This document shows positions 36,766 through 48,890 of a stretch of DNA of 64,000 bases, in pieces. The DNA is from Torpedo marmorata (lineage: Eukaryota). The notes under the pieces are model-generated. The model was not told the DNA's origin. It saw nothing but the letters and a program-made list of their open reading frames with translations, and searched no databases. Every line of letters begins with the position of its first letter. Position 1 is the first letter of the stretch. Made by a program: the position numbers and the translations under genes. The stretch spans positions 224,874,001-224,938,000 of the forward strand of contig OZ360221.1 of assembly GCA_977017645.1 (NCBI GenBank), read 5' to 3'.

Positions 36766-37007
36766 TGTAGCGCGATCAATGACCACTCACAGACACGAAG
36801 AAAGTGATCAAAGGCTTTATTGATCAGAAAGTTCAAGCATGCCTCTACATGCTGCTGGCTCCTTCCAAGGCAGGTATAGGGGAGGAGACTAGACTCTCAG
36901 CCTTTATTAGGGGATGTAATGGGGAGGGGCTACAGGTTAGCCCGGTGAGCCAGTGAGGACATGTCCGGACATGCCAGGACATACCCGCAGTACCGCGTTC
37001 CACCACA
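36766..37007 (-). repeat. 5' LTR (242 bp)
   Basis: Minus strand TGTGGTGG...GCGCTACA; AATAAA at 36816-36821 (minus). Confidence 0.92.
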
Positions 37008-38540
37008 CTCTGGATCACCTCGAAGAAAGCAATTCATACATACGGCTGCTCTTCATCGACTACAGCTCGGCCTTCAATACCATTATTCCCTCAGTGCTGG
37101 TCAAGAAGCTACAAACTCTAGGCCTCTGTACGCCCCTCTGCAACTGGATCCTTGACTTTCTCATCAGAAGACCACAGTTAGTATGAATTGGAAACAACAT
37201 CTCCTCCTCAATGATTATCAACACAGGCGCACCCCAAGGATGCGTGCTTAGCTAACTGCTCCACTCGTTATACACCCCTGACTGTGTGACCAGGCACAAT
37301 TCCAATGCCATATACAAGTTTGCCGATGACACCACAGTTGTCGGCAGAATCATAAACGGCAATGAAGTAGTGTACAGGAGAGAGATAGATCAGCTCGTTG
37401 AATGGTGTAACGACAACAACTTGCGCTCAACATCAGCAAAATGAAGGAGATGATTGTGGACTTCAGGAGGATGTCAGGGGAACACGACCCAGTCTTCATT
37501 GAGGGCTCAGTAGTGGAGAGGGTCAAGAACTTCAAATTCCTGGGTGTCAACATCTCCCAGGATCTGTCCTGGAGCCTCCACGTTGATGCAATCACAAAGA
37601 AGGCTTGCCAGCGGCTATACTTTGTGAGGTGTCTGGGGAGCTTCGGTATGTCACCGAAGACTCTCGTAAACTTCTACAGGTGTACCGTGGAGAGCATTCT
37701 AGCTGGTTGCATCACTGCCTGGTATGGAGGCGCCAGACTTCACTCCATCAAGGACATCCACATGAGGCGGTGTCTTAAAAAGCAGCCTCTATCCTCAAAG
37801 TCCCCCACCACCTATACCTCTATCCCCCACACAGAAGGTCTGAAAGCACTTCGCTTCTTCCTGGACCAAAGACCCGACCAGTCACCCTCTACCACCACCC
37901 TCCTCTGCCTGGCAGAACTTGTCCTCACTCTCAATAACTTCAACTCATCCCACTTCCTCCAAATCAAAGGTGTAGCCATGGGTACCCGCATGGGTCCCAG
38001 CTACGCCTGCCTGTTTGTGGGCTTTGTGGAGCAATCCATGCTGCAAGCCTACACAGGCAAGACCCCTCATCTCTTCCTCCGTTATATCGACGACTACATC
38101 GGGGCTGCCTCATGCACCCGCGATGAGCTTGTCAACTTCATCCACTTCGCATCCAACTTCCACCACGATCTCAAACTCACCTGGTCCATCTCCGATAACA
38201 CTCTCCCCTTCCTGGATCTCTCTGTCTCCATCTCGGGAGACAAGCTTTCCACCGACATTTACTACAAACCCTCCAACTCCCACAACTATCTGGACTACAT
38301 TTCCTCACACCTTGTCCCCTGCAAGGATTCCATCCCCTTCTCTCAATTTCTCCGTCTCCGCCGCATCTGTTCCCAAGATGAGGTGTTCCACTCCAGATCT
38401 TCTGAAATGTCTGCCTTTTTCCACAAACGTGGCTTCCCCTCCACCACCATCAACTCAGCCCTCACCCGCATCTCCTCCATTTCCCGCTCATCTGCACTGG
38501 CCCACTCTGCCCCCAGACGCAACAAACATAGAATCCCCTT

Positions 38541-41500
38541 CTTCATTTAATTCTAAAGCAAGAGGGGTAGCTATATTAATTAATAAAAAGTTACCTTTTA
38601 AGATACAATCGGTAGTTATAGATGTGGCAGGTAGATATGTTTTGGTACATTGTCAGATTTACTCAGAACTCTGGACACTTATGAACTTGTATGTACCAAA
38701 TGCAGATGATGAACAGTTTATTCAAGATTATTTTTTACATTTGTCAGAAGCTAATGAGAATATTCTAATTGGTGGAGATTTCAACTGTTGTTTAGATCCA
38801 ATAATGGATAAAACTTCAAGATCACTTGCTAAAACTAAAATTGCTAAAAGAGTTCTTACTTTGATGAAAGATTTAAATTTAATAGATATTTGGAGGAAAT
38901 TGAATCCTAGAGAAAAAGATTATTCTTTTTATTCTTTTAGACATGATTCATATTCTAGGATAGATTTATTTTTATTGTCTTCACAGGTTCAAAATAGAAT
39001 AACGCAAGCATCTTATAAAGCGAGAATAATTTCTGATCATTCACCTTTATTGATATCTTGTATAATTCTGGAAAAAGAGAAAACTGTATACAGCTGGAGA
39101 TTTAATTCTTCTTTATTAAAAAGAAAAATTTTTGTGATTATATGAGAAGGGAAATTTAGGAATTTTTACAAATAAATTCTAATTGTACTGACAATAAATT
39201 TATTATTTGGGAAGCTTTAAAAGCTTATTTAAGAGGTCAAATAATAAGTTATTCAGCAAAAATTAAGAAAGATTATCTTAGGGAAGTTGAAAATTTAGAG
39301 AAGGAGATTGAGTGTTTAGAAAAAGATTTACAAAAAAATAGATCAGTTCAAAAAAGGAATAATTTAATTGGGAAGAAATTACATTATAATCTATTACAAA
39401 CATATAAAATGGAAAAATTAATTGAAAGAACTAAACAAAGATATTATGAGTTAGGGGAAAGAGCTCATAAGTTTTGGCATGGCAATTTAAAAAAGATCGA
39501 TCTTCTAGAACTATAAATGCCATACGGAAAAAGAATTCTAGGGAAATAACTTATAAACCTCGAGAAATAAATGATTCTTTTTAAAGATTATTATTTGAAT
39601 TTATATAAATATCAGATTGATCAAGATGATTCTAAAATTATTAGATTTTTATCTAAAATTACACTACCTAAATTAAATACCCAAAGTAGAGAATCTTTAG
39701 ATTTACCTTTCTCAATGAGGGAAGTTAATGAAGCTCTTACTTTAAAGAGTGGTAAATCTCCAGGTGAAGATGGATTTCCATCAGAATTTTACAAAGAGTT
39801 TAAAGATTTATATGATGTATTGAATCAAATTACGGAAACCCATTCATTACCAGATACTTTTTTAAATGCAATAATTACAGTCATACCAAAAAAATATAGA
39901 GATGTATTGAAAACTGAATCATATCGACCTATTTCTTTGTTAAATGTAGATTATAAGATAATGGCAAAAATTCTAGCAAATAGAATGGCTAACTATTTAC
40001 CAGATTTAATTCATGTAGATCAAGCTGGTTTTATTAAAAATAGATAGTCAAAAGACAATATAGCTAGATTAATTAGTTTAATTAATCTACATAAAAAGAA
40101 GGAAGATTTACCATTAGTTTTAACGTTAGATGCTGAAAAGGCTTTTGATAGATTAGAGTGGAATTTTTTATTTAAGGTATTGGAAAAATTTGGTTATGGA
40201 ACCATATTAATTAATTGGATTAAAACTATATATAAAGAACCATCCGCTAAAGTAATTACAAATGGACAAATTTCTTCAAGATTTCCCCTGACTAGATCTA
40301 CTAGACAAGGATGTCCTCTGTCACCAGCATTATTTATTTTGGCGATAGAACCTTTGGCAGAATTAGTTAGAAAAGATCCTAAAATAGTTGGTATTAAAGT
40401 TGGAACGGAAGGACATAAAATTAGTTTATTTGCAGATGATGTATTGATATATATGACAAAATCTACTACATCTTTAGTACAACTGTCTGCGTTATTGAGA
40501 GAATATGGGGAAATATCGGGATATAAAATTAACTGATAAAAGTGAAATTATGGCATTATCACAAGGGGATTATAGTAAGTGTAAAGAAATTACACAATTT
40601 AAGTGGGCAAAAGAAGGAATTAAATATTTGGGAATAAAGATTGATACAAAATTGGATAATTTATATAAATTAAATTATTTACCATTATTTGTGAAAATAA
40701 AAAAGGATTTAGAAAATTGGAAAGATTTACCTATAACTTTAATGGGAAGGGTAAATTGTATTAAAATGAATATTTTTCCAAGAATTCAATATCTTTTCCA
40801 ATCAATTCCTTATGAAGTTCCTCAAAATTTTTTTAGAGACTTAAATTCAATTATTAGAAAATTTTTATGGAAAGGAAAGTTAGCAAGAGTAGGTATAGAA
40901 AAATTAACTTGGAATTTTGAAATGGGTGGTTTACAACTTCCTAATTTCCAAAATTATTATAAAGCAGCTCAATTAAAATTTGTTAATGAACTTTTTGATC
41001 CAACTAAATCTTCTGCTTGGATTAAAATAGAATTAAATAATATAGAAGAAGATTCCAAAGAAGAAGTTATTTATAAATGGGATTCTAAATTAATATCAAC
41101 AAGAAGGAAAATTTCTCCTATCTTTAAACATTTGTTAGAAATATGGAATAAGATGGATAAGGAAATAGGAGGAAGAAGAATGATTTCTCCAAGGATGGCT
41201 TTATATCAAAATGGACTTATTCCATTAACTATTAATAATCAATTATTTAAAATTTGGTTTCAAAAAGGAATTAAGAAAATGAATGACTGTTTTGAAGCTG
41301 GGAAATTTATTACTTTTCAAAGAATGAAGGATAAATTTAATATACTAGATAATACACTTTTTGCTTATTATCAAATTAGAGCATTTTTGATTGAGAAATT
41401 AGGTTATAGTTTAATTTTACCAAGACAGAATGAATTAGAATTACTAGTTACTAAAGCAGATGTAATAAATTTATTGCTCAAATGTATAAATTGTTTCAGA

Positions 41501-42410
41501 GGAAAACTTCTAAAGTAGGAATTCATAAATCAAGATTAAAATAGGAATTAGATTTGAATGTAACAATAGATGAAAATCACTGGAAAGAATTATGTAAATT
41601 ATGTATGACGAAGATTATTAATGTTAGATATAGATTAGTACAATACAATTTTTTTCATCAATTATATTTAACACCTAAAACATTAAAGAAATTTAATCTG
41701 ACATTATCAGGTTTATGTTTTAGATGTAATAAAGAAGAAGGTTCTTTTGTACATTCTACATGGTTTTGTCCAAATGTTTATGATTTTTGGTTGAAAGTTA
41801 AAAATTTTTTAGATAAAGTATTTAAGATTACATTTCCAATGGATCCTATGATATTTTTGTTCAGAGATATTAGAAAATTTAGTATTAAGATGAAATTAAA
41901 CATGTATTAAATAGAATTTTTGTGAATTGCTTTAGCTGTTTCAAAGAAATGTATTGCTATTACTTGGAAATCTGATTTAGATTTAGGATTAGAAAGATGG
42001 CATGCAGATCTTCGTTCGTGTATACCACTTGAAAAAATTACCTATAATTTACGTAATAAATATAATTTTTTCTTAAAAATTTGGAGCCCATATATGAAAG
42101 TTGTTGGTTTAAGGATTTGAAGATCTCTGTACATTGGATCTACTGACATACCTGACCTCCACAATAGAATTAGTTTATAGATGTATGTTTTTTAGATTGG
42201 CATTCTCCTTACTCTATCTTTTTCTTTCTTTTTTTTTAATTTCTTTATTTTTATTTTATATTTTTTATTTTTATTAGATTAGTGGGGTTGGGAGGGTTGG
42301 GGAGGGGAGGGTGGGAGGGGGGGTGAAAATGTATCACAAATATTTTGATAATTTCATATTTTATTTTATGTATTCTGTGATTTAAAATTTTAAATAAAAT
42401 ATTTTAAAAA
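38541..42410 (+). mobile_element. L1-clade LINE, nearly complete ORF2 (APE endonuclease, RT, C-terminus), disrupted
   Basis: ARGVAILI, LIGGDFN, YSRIDLFL, ISDHSPL; KSPGEDGF, YRPISLLNVDYKI, TRQGCPLSP, LFADDVL; CFRC..H..W.C; approximate 15-bp TSD AAACATAGA(A/T)TCCCC at both ends. Confidence 0.93.
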
Positions 42411-43211
42411 AACATAGATTCCCCCTCATCCTCACCTACCACCCCACCAGCCTCCGCATCCAACACATTATCCGTCGGAATTTCCGGCACTTACTACAGG
42501 ATCCCACCACCAGACACATTTTTCCTTCTCCTCCCCTCTCGGCCTTCCTTAGGGACCACTCCCTCCGCGATTCCCTCGTGCACTCATCCCTCCCCACCCA
42601 TCACACCCCCGGCACCTTCCCCTGTGCCCGCAGGAGGTGCAACACCTGCTCCCACACCTCCCCCCTCACCACAGTCCAGGGCCCCAAACAGGCCTTCCAA
42701 GTGAAACTACACTTCACTTGTACATCCAGAGAACTTATTTACTGCATCCGGTGCTCCCTTTGTGGCTTTCTCTACACCAGAGAGACCGGTCGTAGATTGG
42801 GAGATCGCTTTGATGAGCACCTCCTCTCCGTCCGCAACAACAGCGATCTCCCAGTTGCCAACCATTTCAATTCCGGGTCACACTTACTCACTCACATGTC
42901 TGTCCATGGCCTTACGTACTATCCCACCCAGACTACCCGCAAATTGGAGGAACAACATCTCATTTTCCGTCTCGGCACTCTCCAGCCAGATGGCATTAAC
43001 ATTGACTTTTCTGCTTTCCACTAAACTTGCTTGTCGTTTCCTTCCCCTTCCCCCTTACCTGTCCTTCCTGTTTTTTTCCACCCACCCAGCCATCCCTCCT
43101 CCCCCTCTTTGCTGCTGTCCCCTCCCTCCTTTCTCCACCTATCATCTCCTGCCTTTGCCACCCCCCCTCCCCCCCCTCACTTTTTTGTTCGGATGCCTGC
43201 TGGCATTTTCT

Positions 43212-43252
43212 CATACTTTGATGAAGGGCTCAAGCCCGAAACGTCGGTTATG
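43212..43252 (+). ncRNA. Minimal type I hammerhead ribozyme-like motif in Penelope tail
   Basis: catact-TTGATGA-a-GGGC tcaa GCCC-GAAAC-GTC-ggttatg; stems I and II can form, stem III is the ACGT palindrome. Confidence 0.65.
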
Positions 43253-44429
43253 TATTTCTACCTTTGCTACATAAAATACACTGTTTGACCTGCTGAGTTT
43301 CTCCAGCATTTGTGTTTTTTACACCACCCAGCCCAAGCCCTCTTCACTCTGCTACCATCGGGAAAAAGGTACAGGAGCCTAAAGACGAGCACTCAACAGC
43401 ACAAGAACAGCTTCTTCCCCGCTGCCATCAGATTCCTGAATAATCAATGAACCAAAGACACTGCCTTACTTTTCTTGCACTATTACTTATATATTTTTTT
43501 TATAGTAATGTCGTTAGTTGGTTATAATATGAATGTTAATTGCACTATGATGCTGCCGCAAAACACTGAATTTCATGACTTGTTCATGACAATAAATTCT
43601 GATTCTGTTTTTGTTTCAGAAACAAATCTATTGATCTTTAGCATGATTGCAAAATGTTGTTAAATAATCACTCTGTAGCCACTAAAGTAATCATAGTTGG
43701 TAATAAGGAGTCCAAATCACCACGTCATATTCCCTTTCCATGGCAATCTTTCAGTTGGTCTAAAAATGGACATAAATGTATTGGTTTATTTCTTCAGAAC
43801 CTCAGTGTTAAAAATGTTCATCATTATTGCTTTGCTCTTTCTGTTAATTCCATATTGGAGGAGAGCCACACATCTTTTGACCATTTTTTTCCCATCTGCT
43901 CACCATTCTAATTTTCTTTGCTTTCATAGTTCAGTTCTGGCTGTTTCGGCTTCCTGTTAGTGTAAAATAGCTAGTCAATATCTAGGTCCTTACAAAATTT
44001 AATTGCAAGGTCTCAGATTTTCTCATGTTTAACAGAAATAATTGGGCTACAATTAGCTGCCACAATCTTGAGCTTCTGCAAATGTCAATAAAATTGATCT
44101 GGCTGAGATTGAGGAACACACTAAGTGTACTGAATCATCACTGGCCATTATTCGTGGTCAGGTCACATTGCTTGTTCAGGAGGGGACCTTTCCTATCTCA
44201 ATGCTACTCCTTTAACTCCTCTAATAACATTATGGTGGACACGTACTGAATCTCTACACTATCCATTCAGCTGCTGACCCTTCCTCTCAATCTTCTATTT
44301 TCAGAAAATTGGTCTAGTAAAAATCAAGCAAGTTCACACAGCCTAACATAAATTGTTCTGAAGAGTTTGGCAAGTGGTGAATGTCTGTGGACTGTTACGC
44401 CAGCAGTATTACAGTGTTTACAGCACTTA

Positions 44430-44630
44430 TGTGGCAGTGAACAAGCTGTCACTGATCTCGCAACCAACATCAGTAAAACAGATTAGATAGTCCATCGTTC
44501 ATTGCAAGAGTTTCCCATGTGCAAATTAGCTGCTGCATCGCTTGTATTAAAATAGTAGCTCTCTGTTTCAGTTACTTCCGTAACAGTAAAGGGCTTTTGG
44601 TATAAACTGGGACTGCGAAGGGTGCAATGG
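44430..44630 (+). mobile_element. Deu-domain SINE remnant
   Basis: aaaacagatta..tgtgcaaattagctgctgc motif; similar remnants near 7690-7815, 26130-26400 and 56700-56790. Confidence 0.5.
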
Positions 44631-46788
44631 AATTGGAAATAATTTCATTATTTAAAATTCTGTATCATGGCAGCCCGATTCTTTTATCTTATTTCTGTAG
44701 ATGTCACAGTGAAAGTTTTGTATTTGTTATTTTTAGAACTCTCAATGATCTTGATGAACACTCCAAAGTATTTTGAATCTTTGTTGCTAACTGCTAAACC
44801 ATTTCCTCCCTTGGCTATTTTGCTCTCATTGTTCTACACCTTTGTCTCTCCAGACCCCTTCCAATGTTTTTTTTAAGATGAGGATTGGTGCCACATGATT
44901 GTGATAATTTGTCCCATGCTTGTAAATTCACCATATTGTACACTGGATGTAGTCTAGTTCTGATGCCCCACCCCAAATTATCCTCTTAACTTCTTAATTC
45001 AGACATTCCCTCCCATTACGTCAGAACTTTTCCTCCAGCTTCTTGAGCAAATTGGGTTTCATTTGTGTGGAAGCTCTCAGTGTACTTCCGGTCCTTCTCA
45101 AATCTTGTTCTGCATTGGAAGGGCTTCTGTAAAATTCTGAGGACACTCATTCAACAACAGCAAACTTACTTTGCTTAGCAACTTTTAACAGAGAAAAACA
45201 TCCCAGGGATAGGACTGCTTTCAGGTGAAGTATTATCTTTATCCTACTGAAGCCCTGACCTCCCCATCTTATTTTCTTCCTTTAACACATTCTTTAAAAC
45301 CTACCTTTTCCATCACACTTTTGATCATTTGCCCTATCATCCCTTTATTGTATTTGGTACCATATTTAATTTGATAATGCTGCTATGAAGAGCCTTGGGT
45401 CATTTTGAAACATTTACCTGTTGAATAAAGGCCTGTTAAAATATCGACCCAAGCTATATCACTTTATTTGTCATGATTTGCTAACATATTGAAATTCTGT
45501 CTAAATCATGATTTACAAGGTGTTGCATCTTTTCCTAGGGGAGCTTGGTTGTTTTCCTTCTCTAAGCAATTTATCCTAAAGGTATTCTGCCAATTGTTAA
45601 TTGTACCATTTCTTGTTTTCAATATCACACATTATAATCCAATCCAAAGGGTTACTCACTCATGCAAAATCTTCTCTTCATTTCTCGTTAGATTTCCAGT
45701 TAGTACATTCAGTGGAGTGTTCATGGCTGTTGCCAAGGCAACCTGTTCACAATGAAGTGGCCTTCTGAGTTTCGAAGTCACACTTCACTTTCGCAAAGTA
45801 TATATTATGTCAATATGTGGCACTTGGTCAAAATTTAATTCATGTTCTTTATGTTTTGAATAAATTGTGAGGGGATTAAAGAGTGCATGGTTTTTGTTAT
45901 TTACCCTAAGCATTGAATAAATACCATCACCAACAGAAAACTATTGGAAGAATATGCTTTCAATCAGGTCCTCAGAATCAGGGTATTGTGGCACTTTCTC
46001 GATCCACTAAGGATTTCAACTCCCACCCACAGTGGTCCTGCAATATTTTGTAAGTTCCTGACATTTCAGGTTGTCCACTAATAACCAAGCACAGTTACGG
46101 CATAAATTCAGAGAATCTCCACCGATATGTTTGAAGCCAACATAACACAAGTCAATAAATTCTGTGATGTGGGAATAATTGAGAGGGAATGAATCTGTGA
46201 TTAAGTTGAGGGAAAGCAAATGCCAATTGTAATAGTCAGGTTTGAGGATTCAATATTTGATAGAATGCCTCTAGTTCAATCCAAACTCATAATTGCAGAT
46301 CATGATTGTGCTTGCAATTAACTCATCATATTTTAATCAGTTCTACAGAGGCTGAGTGCTATAAATCAAGGTCACTTATTGCCATGATATTCATTTAAAT
46401 AAATTACAAGCAAGAGGGGTAAATTAAGTTATTTTTCGCGGTCAAGTAGTTGACTCCAATGTTAATAAGTTTATTATTAAGTAATGTAAATGGGTTTCAA
46501 TAACAGTAATGATAGAACCATGGAAATTAACTCGAATAGAGCAAAAGATAGCCAAAGGCATATCACAAAAATGTTATCAATTAATGAAACAAAATGACAC
46601 TGTACCACTAAAGAAGATATTAGAATAATCAAAGCTTGGTCAAGAAGATGAGTTTTAAGCAGTGTCTTAGGAGGAAATTATGGTAAAAAGGTTTAGGGAA
46701 GGAATTCTAGAGTTTTGGGCTTGGTCTGCATAAATGCCTCCAAGATGGGTAGTGCAACTCTATCTGCGATAATCAAGAGCCCAGAAGT

Positions 46789-48128
46789 AAATTAAATAAT
46801 ATAGGAGAAGATTTCAAAGAAGAAATTATTTATAAATGGGATTCTAAATTAATATCAACAAGAAAGAAAAATTCGCCTATTTTTAAACATTTGTTAGAAA
46901 TATGGAATAAGACGGATAAGGAAATAGGAGGAAAAGGATTGATTTCTTCAAGGATGCCTTTATATCAAAATGGACTTATTCCATTTACTATTAATAATCA
47001 ATTATTTAAAATTTGGTTTCAAAAAGGAATTAAGAAGATTAATGATTGTTTTGAAGCTGGGAAATTTATTACTTTTCAAAGGATGAAAGATAAATTTAAT
47101 ATACTAGATAATACACTTTTTGCTTATTATCAAATTAGAGCTTTTCTGATTGAGAAATTAGGTTATGCTTTGATTTTACCAAGGCAAAATGAATTAGAAT
47201 TATTAGTTACTAATGGAGATGTTAATAAATTTATTTCTCAAATGTATAAATTGTTTCAGAGGAAAATGCCTAAAGTAGGATTGCATAAATCAAGATTAAA
47301 ATGGGAATTAGATTTGAATGTAACAATAGATGAAAATCATTGGAAAGAATTATGTAAATTAAGTATGACGAAGATTATTAATGTTAGATATAGATTAGTT
47401 CAATACAATTTTTTTCATCAATTATATTTAACACCTAAAAAATTAAAGAAATTTAATCTGACATTATCAGGTTTATGTTTTAGATGTAATAAAGAGGAAG
47501 GGTCTTTTGTACATTCTACATGGTTTTGTCCAAAAGTTTATGATTTTTGGTTGAAAGTTAAAAATTTTTTAGATAAAGTATTTAAGATTACCTTTCCAAT
47601 GGATCATATGATATTTTTGTTTGGAGATATTAGAAAATTTAATATTAAGATGAAATTAAATATGTATCAAATAGAAATTTTGCAAATTGCTTTAGCTGTT
47701 TCAAAGAAATGCATTGCTATTACTTGGAAATCTGATTTAGATCTAGGATTAGAAAGAAGGCATGCAGAACTTCGTTCGTGTATACCACTTATAATTTACG
47801 TAATAAATATCATTTCTTCTTAAAAATTTGGAGCCCATATATGAAAGCTGTTGGTTTAAGGATTTGAAGATTCTGGATATCGGATCTACTAGCATACTTG
47901 ACCTCCATAATAGAATTAGTTTATAGATTGGCATTCCCCTTACTCTATCTTTTTCTTTCTTTTTCTTCTTCTTTTTCTATTTTTATTTTATATTTTTATT
48001 AGATTAGTGGGGTTGGGAGGGTTGGGGAGGGGAGGGAGGGAGGGGGGGTGAAAATGTATCACAAATAATTTTATATTTTATTTTATGTATTTTGTGATTT
48101 AAAAATTTTAAATAAAATATTTTTTAAA
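46789..48128 (+). mobile_element. 5'-truncated L1 (same family as 38541-42410); ORF2 C-terminal 310 aa open
   Basis: 14-bp TSD AAGAGCCCAGAAGT at 46775-46788 and 48129-48142; ORF 46891-47823; G-rich 3' UTR and AATAAA. Confidence 0.95.
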
Positions 48129-48366
48129 AAGAGCCCAGAAGTGCAGAATCATGGAGGGGAGTAGGACTGGTGGAGGTTGGAGATGGTGAGAGTTGAGGAC
48201 ATGGAAGAATCTGAAAACAAAAGGGGAGAATCCTAAAGTTGTGGATGTCAGGATTGGCCAGTTCCCACAGTATGTCCACCAAGCCTTGATCCTCTGGAAG
48301 TCACTGAATTGTGGTCTGCCTGCCTGTGTGTAGTGTTGTCTTGAGAGGTAGACCTGCCCAGTTATA

Positions 48367-48890
48367 CAGTGCCCTCCATAATGTTTGGACAGACACTTTT
48401 TTCCTTTATTTGCCCCTGTGCTCCACAGTTTTAAAGTTATAATCAAACAATTCACATGTAATTAAAGTGCACATTCCAGATTTTATTCAACATTATTTGT
48501 ATACATTTTGGTTTGACCATGTAGAAATTACAGCCTTTTTTACATAGTCCCCTCATTTTAGGGTACCATAATGTTTAGGACATTTGGCTTCACAGGTGTT
48601 TGTGAGTACTCAGGTATGTTTAATTGCTTCATTGGTGCAGGTATAAGAGAGCTAGGCTTGCTTCTAAGCTTTTGATCACCTTTGGAGTCTGTAGTTGCCA
48701 TTTTTCAACATGAGGACCAGAGTTATGCCAATGAAAGTCAAGGAAGCCATTATGAGGCTGAAAAGCAAGAATAAAACAGTAAGAGACATCACCCAAACCT
48801 AAGGATTACCAAAATCAACAGTTGGAACATCATTAAGAAGAAAGAGCGTACTGGTGAGCTCAGTAATCACAAAGGGACTGGTATTCCAAG
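48367..48890 (+). mobile_element. Tc1-like transposon left arm and transposase N-terminus (truncated)
   Basis: TA|CAGTGCCCTCCATAATGTTTGGACA; inner direct repeat CATAATGTTTAGGACA near 48567; ATG at 48710 giving ..PMKVKEAIMRLKSKNKTVRDI....GLPKSTV paired-like HTH. Confidence 0.8.

Larger units (their letters stand above)
32579..37007 (-). mobile_element. Near full-length Ty3/gypsy LTR retrotransposon with short LTRs (gag-PR-RT-RH-INT), degenerate
   Basis: Direct repeats at 32579-32773 and 36766-37007; PPT aaaaaaggaggggtgaa on minus at 32774-32792. Confidence 0.93.
37813..43321 (+). mobile_element. 5'-truncated Penelope-like element (RT 37813-38540; linker, GIY-YIG and tail 42411-43321), split by L1
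   Basis: YTSIPH.EGL, GVAMGTRMGPSYACLFVG, RYIDD, SIPFSQFLRLRRIC; LIYCIRCSLCG..Y..ETGRRLGDRFDEH; flanked by a CACCACC duplication of Rex sequence. Confidence 0.9.
32490..43610 (+). mobile_element. Rex1/Babar LINE in three pieces (about 32490-32578, 37008-37812, 43322-43610), split by nested insertions
   Basis: [23 protein letters not shown] | [42 protein letters not shown] | LFTLLPSGKRYRS plus caataaattctgattctg tail; pieces are colinear. Confidence 0.88.

Noticed and set aside
37441-39145. Long ORFs 37441-38550 (369 aa) and 38015-39145 (376 aa) as novel genes
   Set aside because: Accidental read-through across insertion junctions: Rex into Penelope RT, and off-frame Penelope into L1 endonuclease
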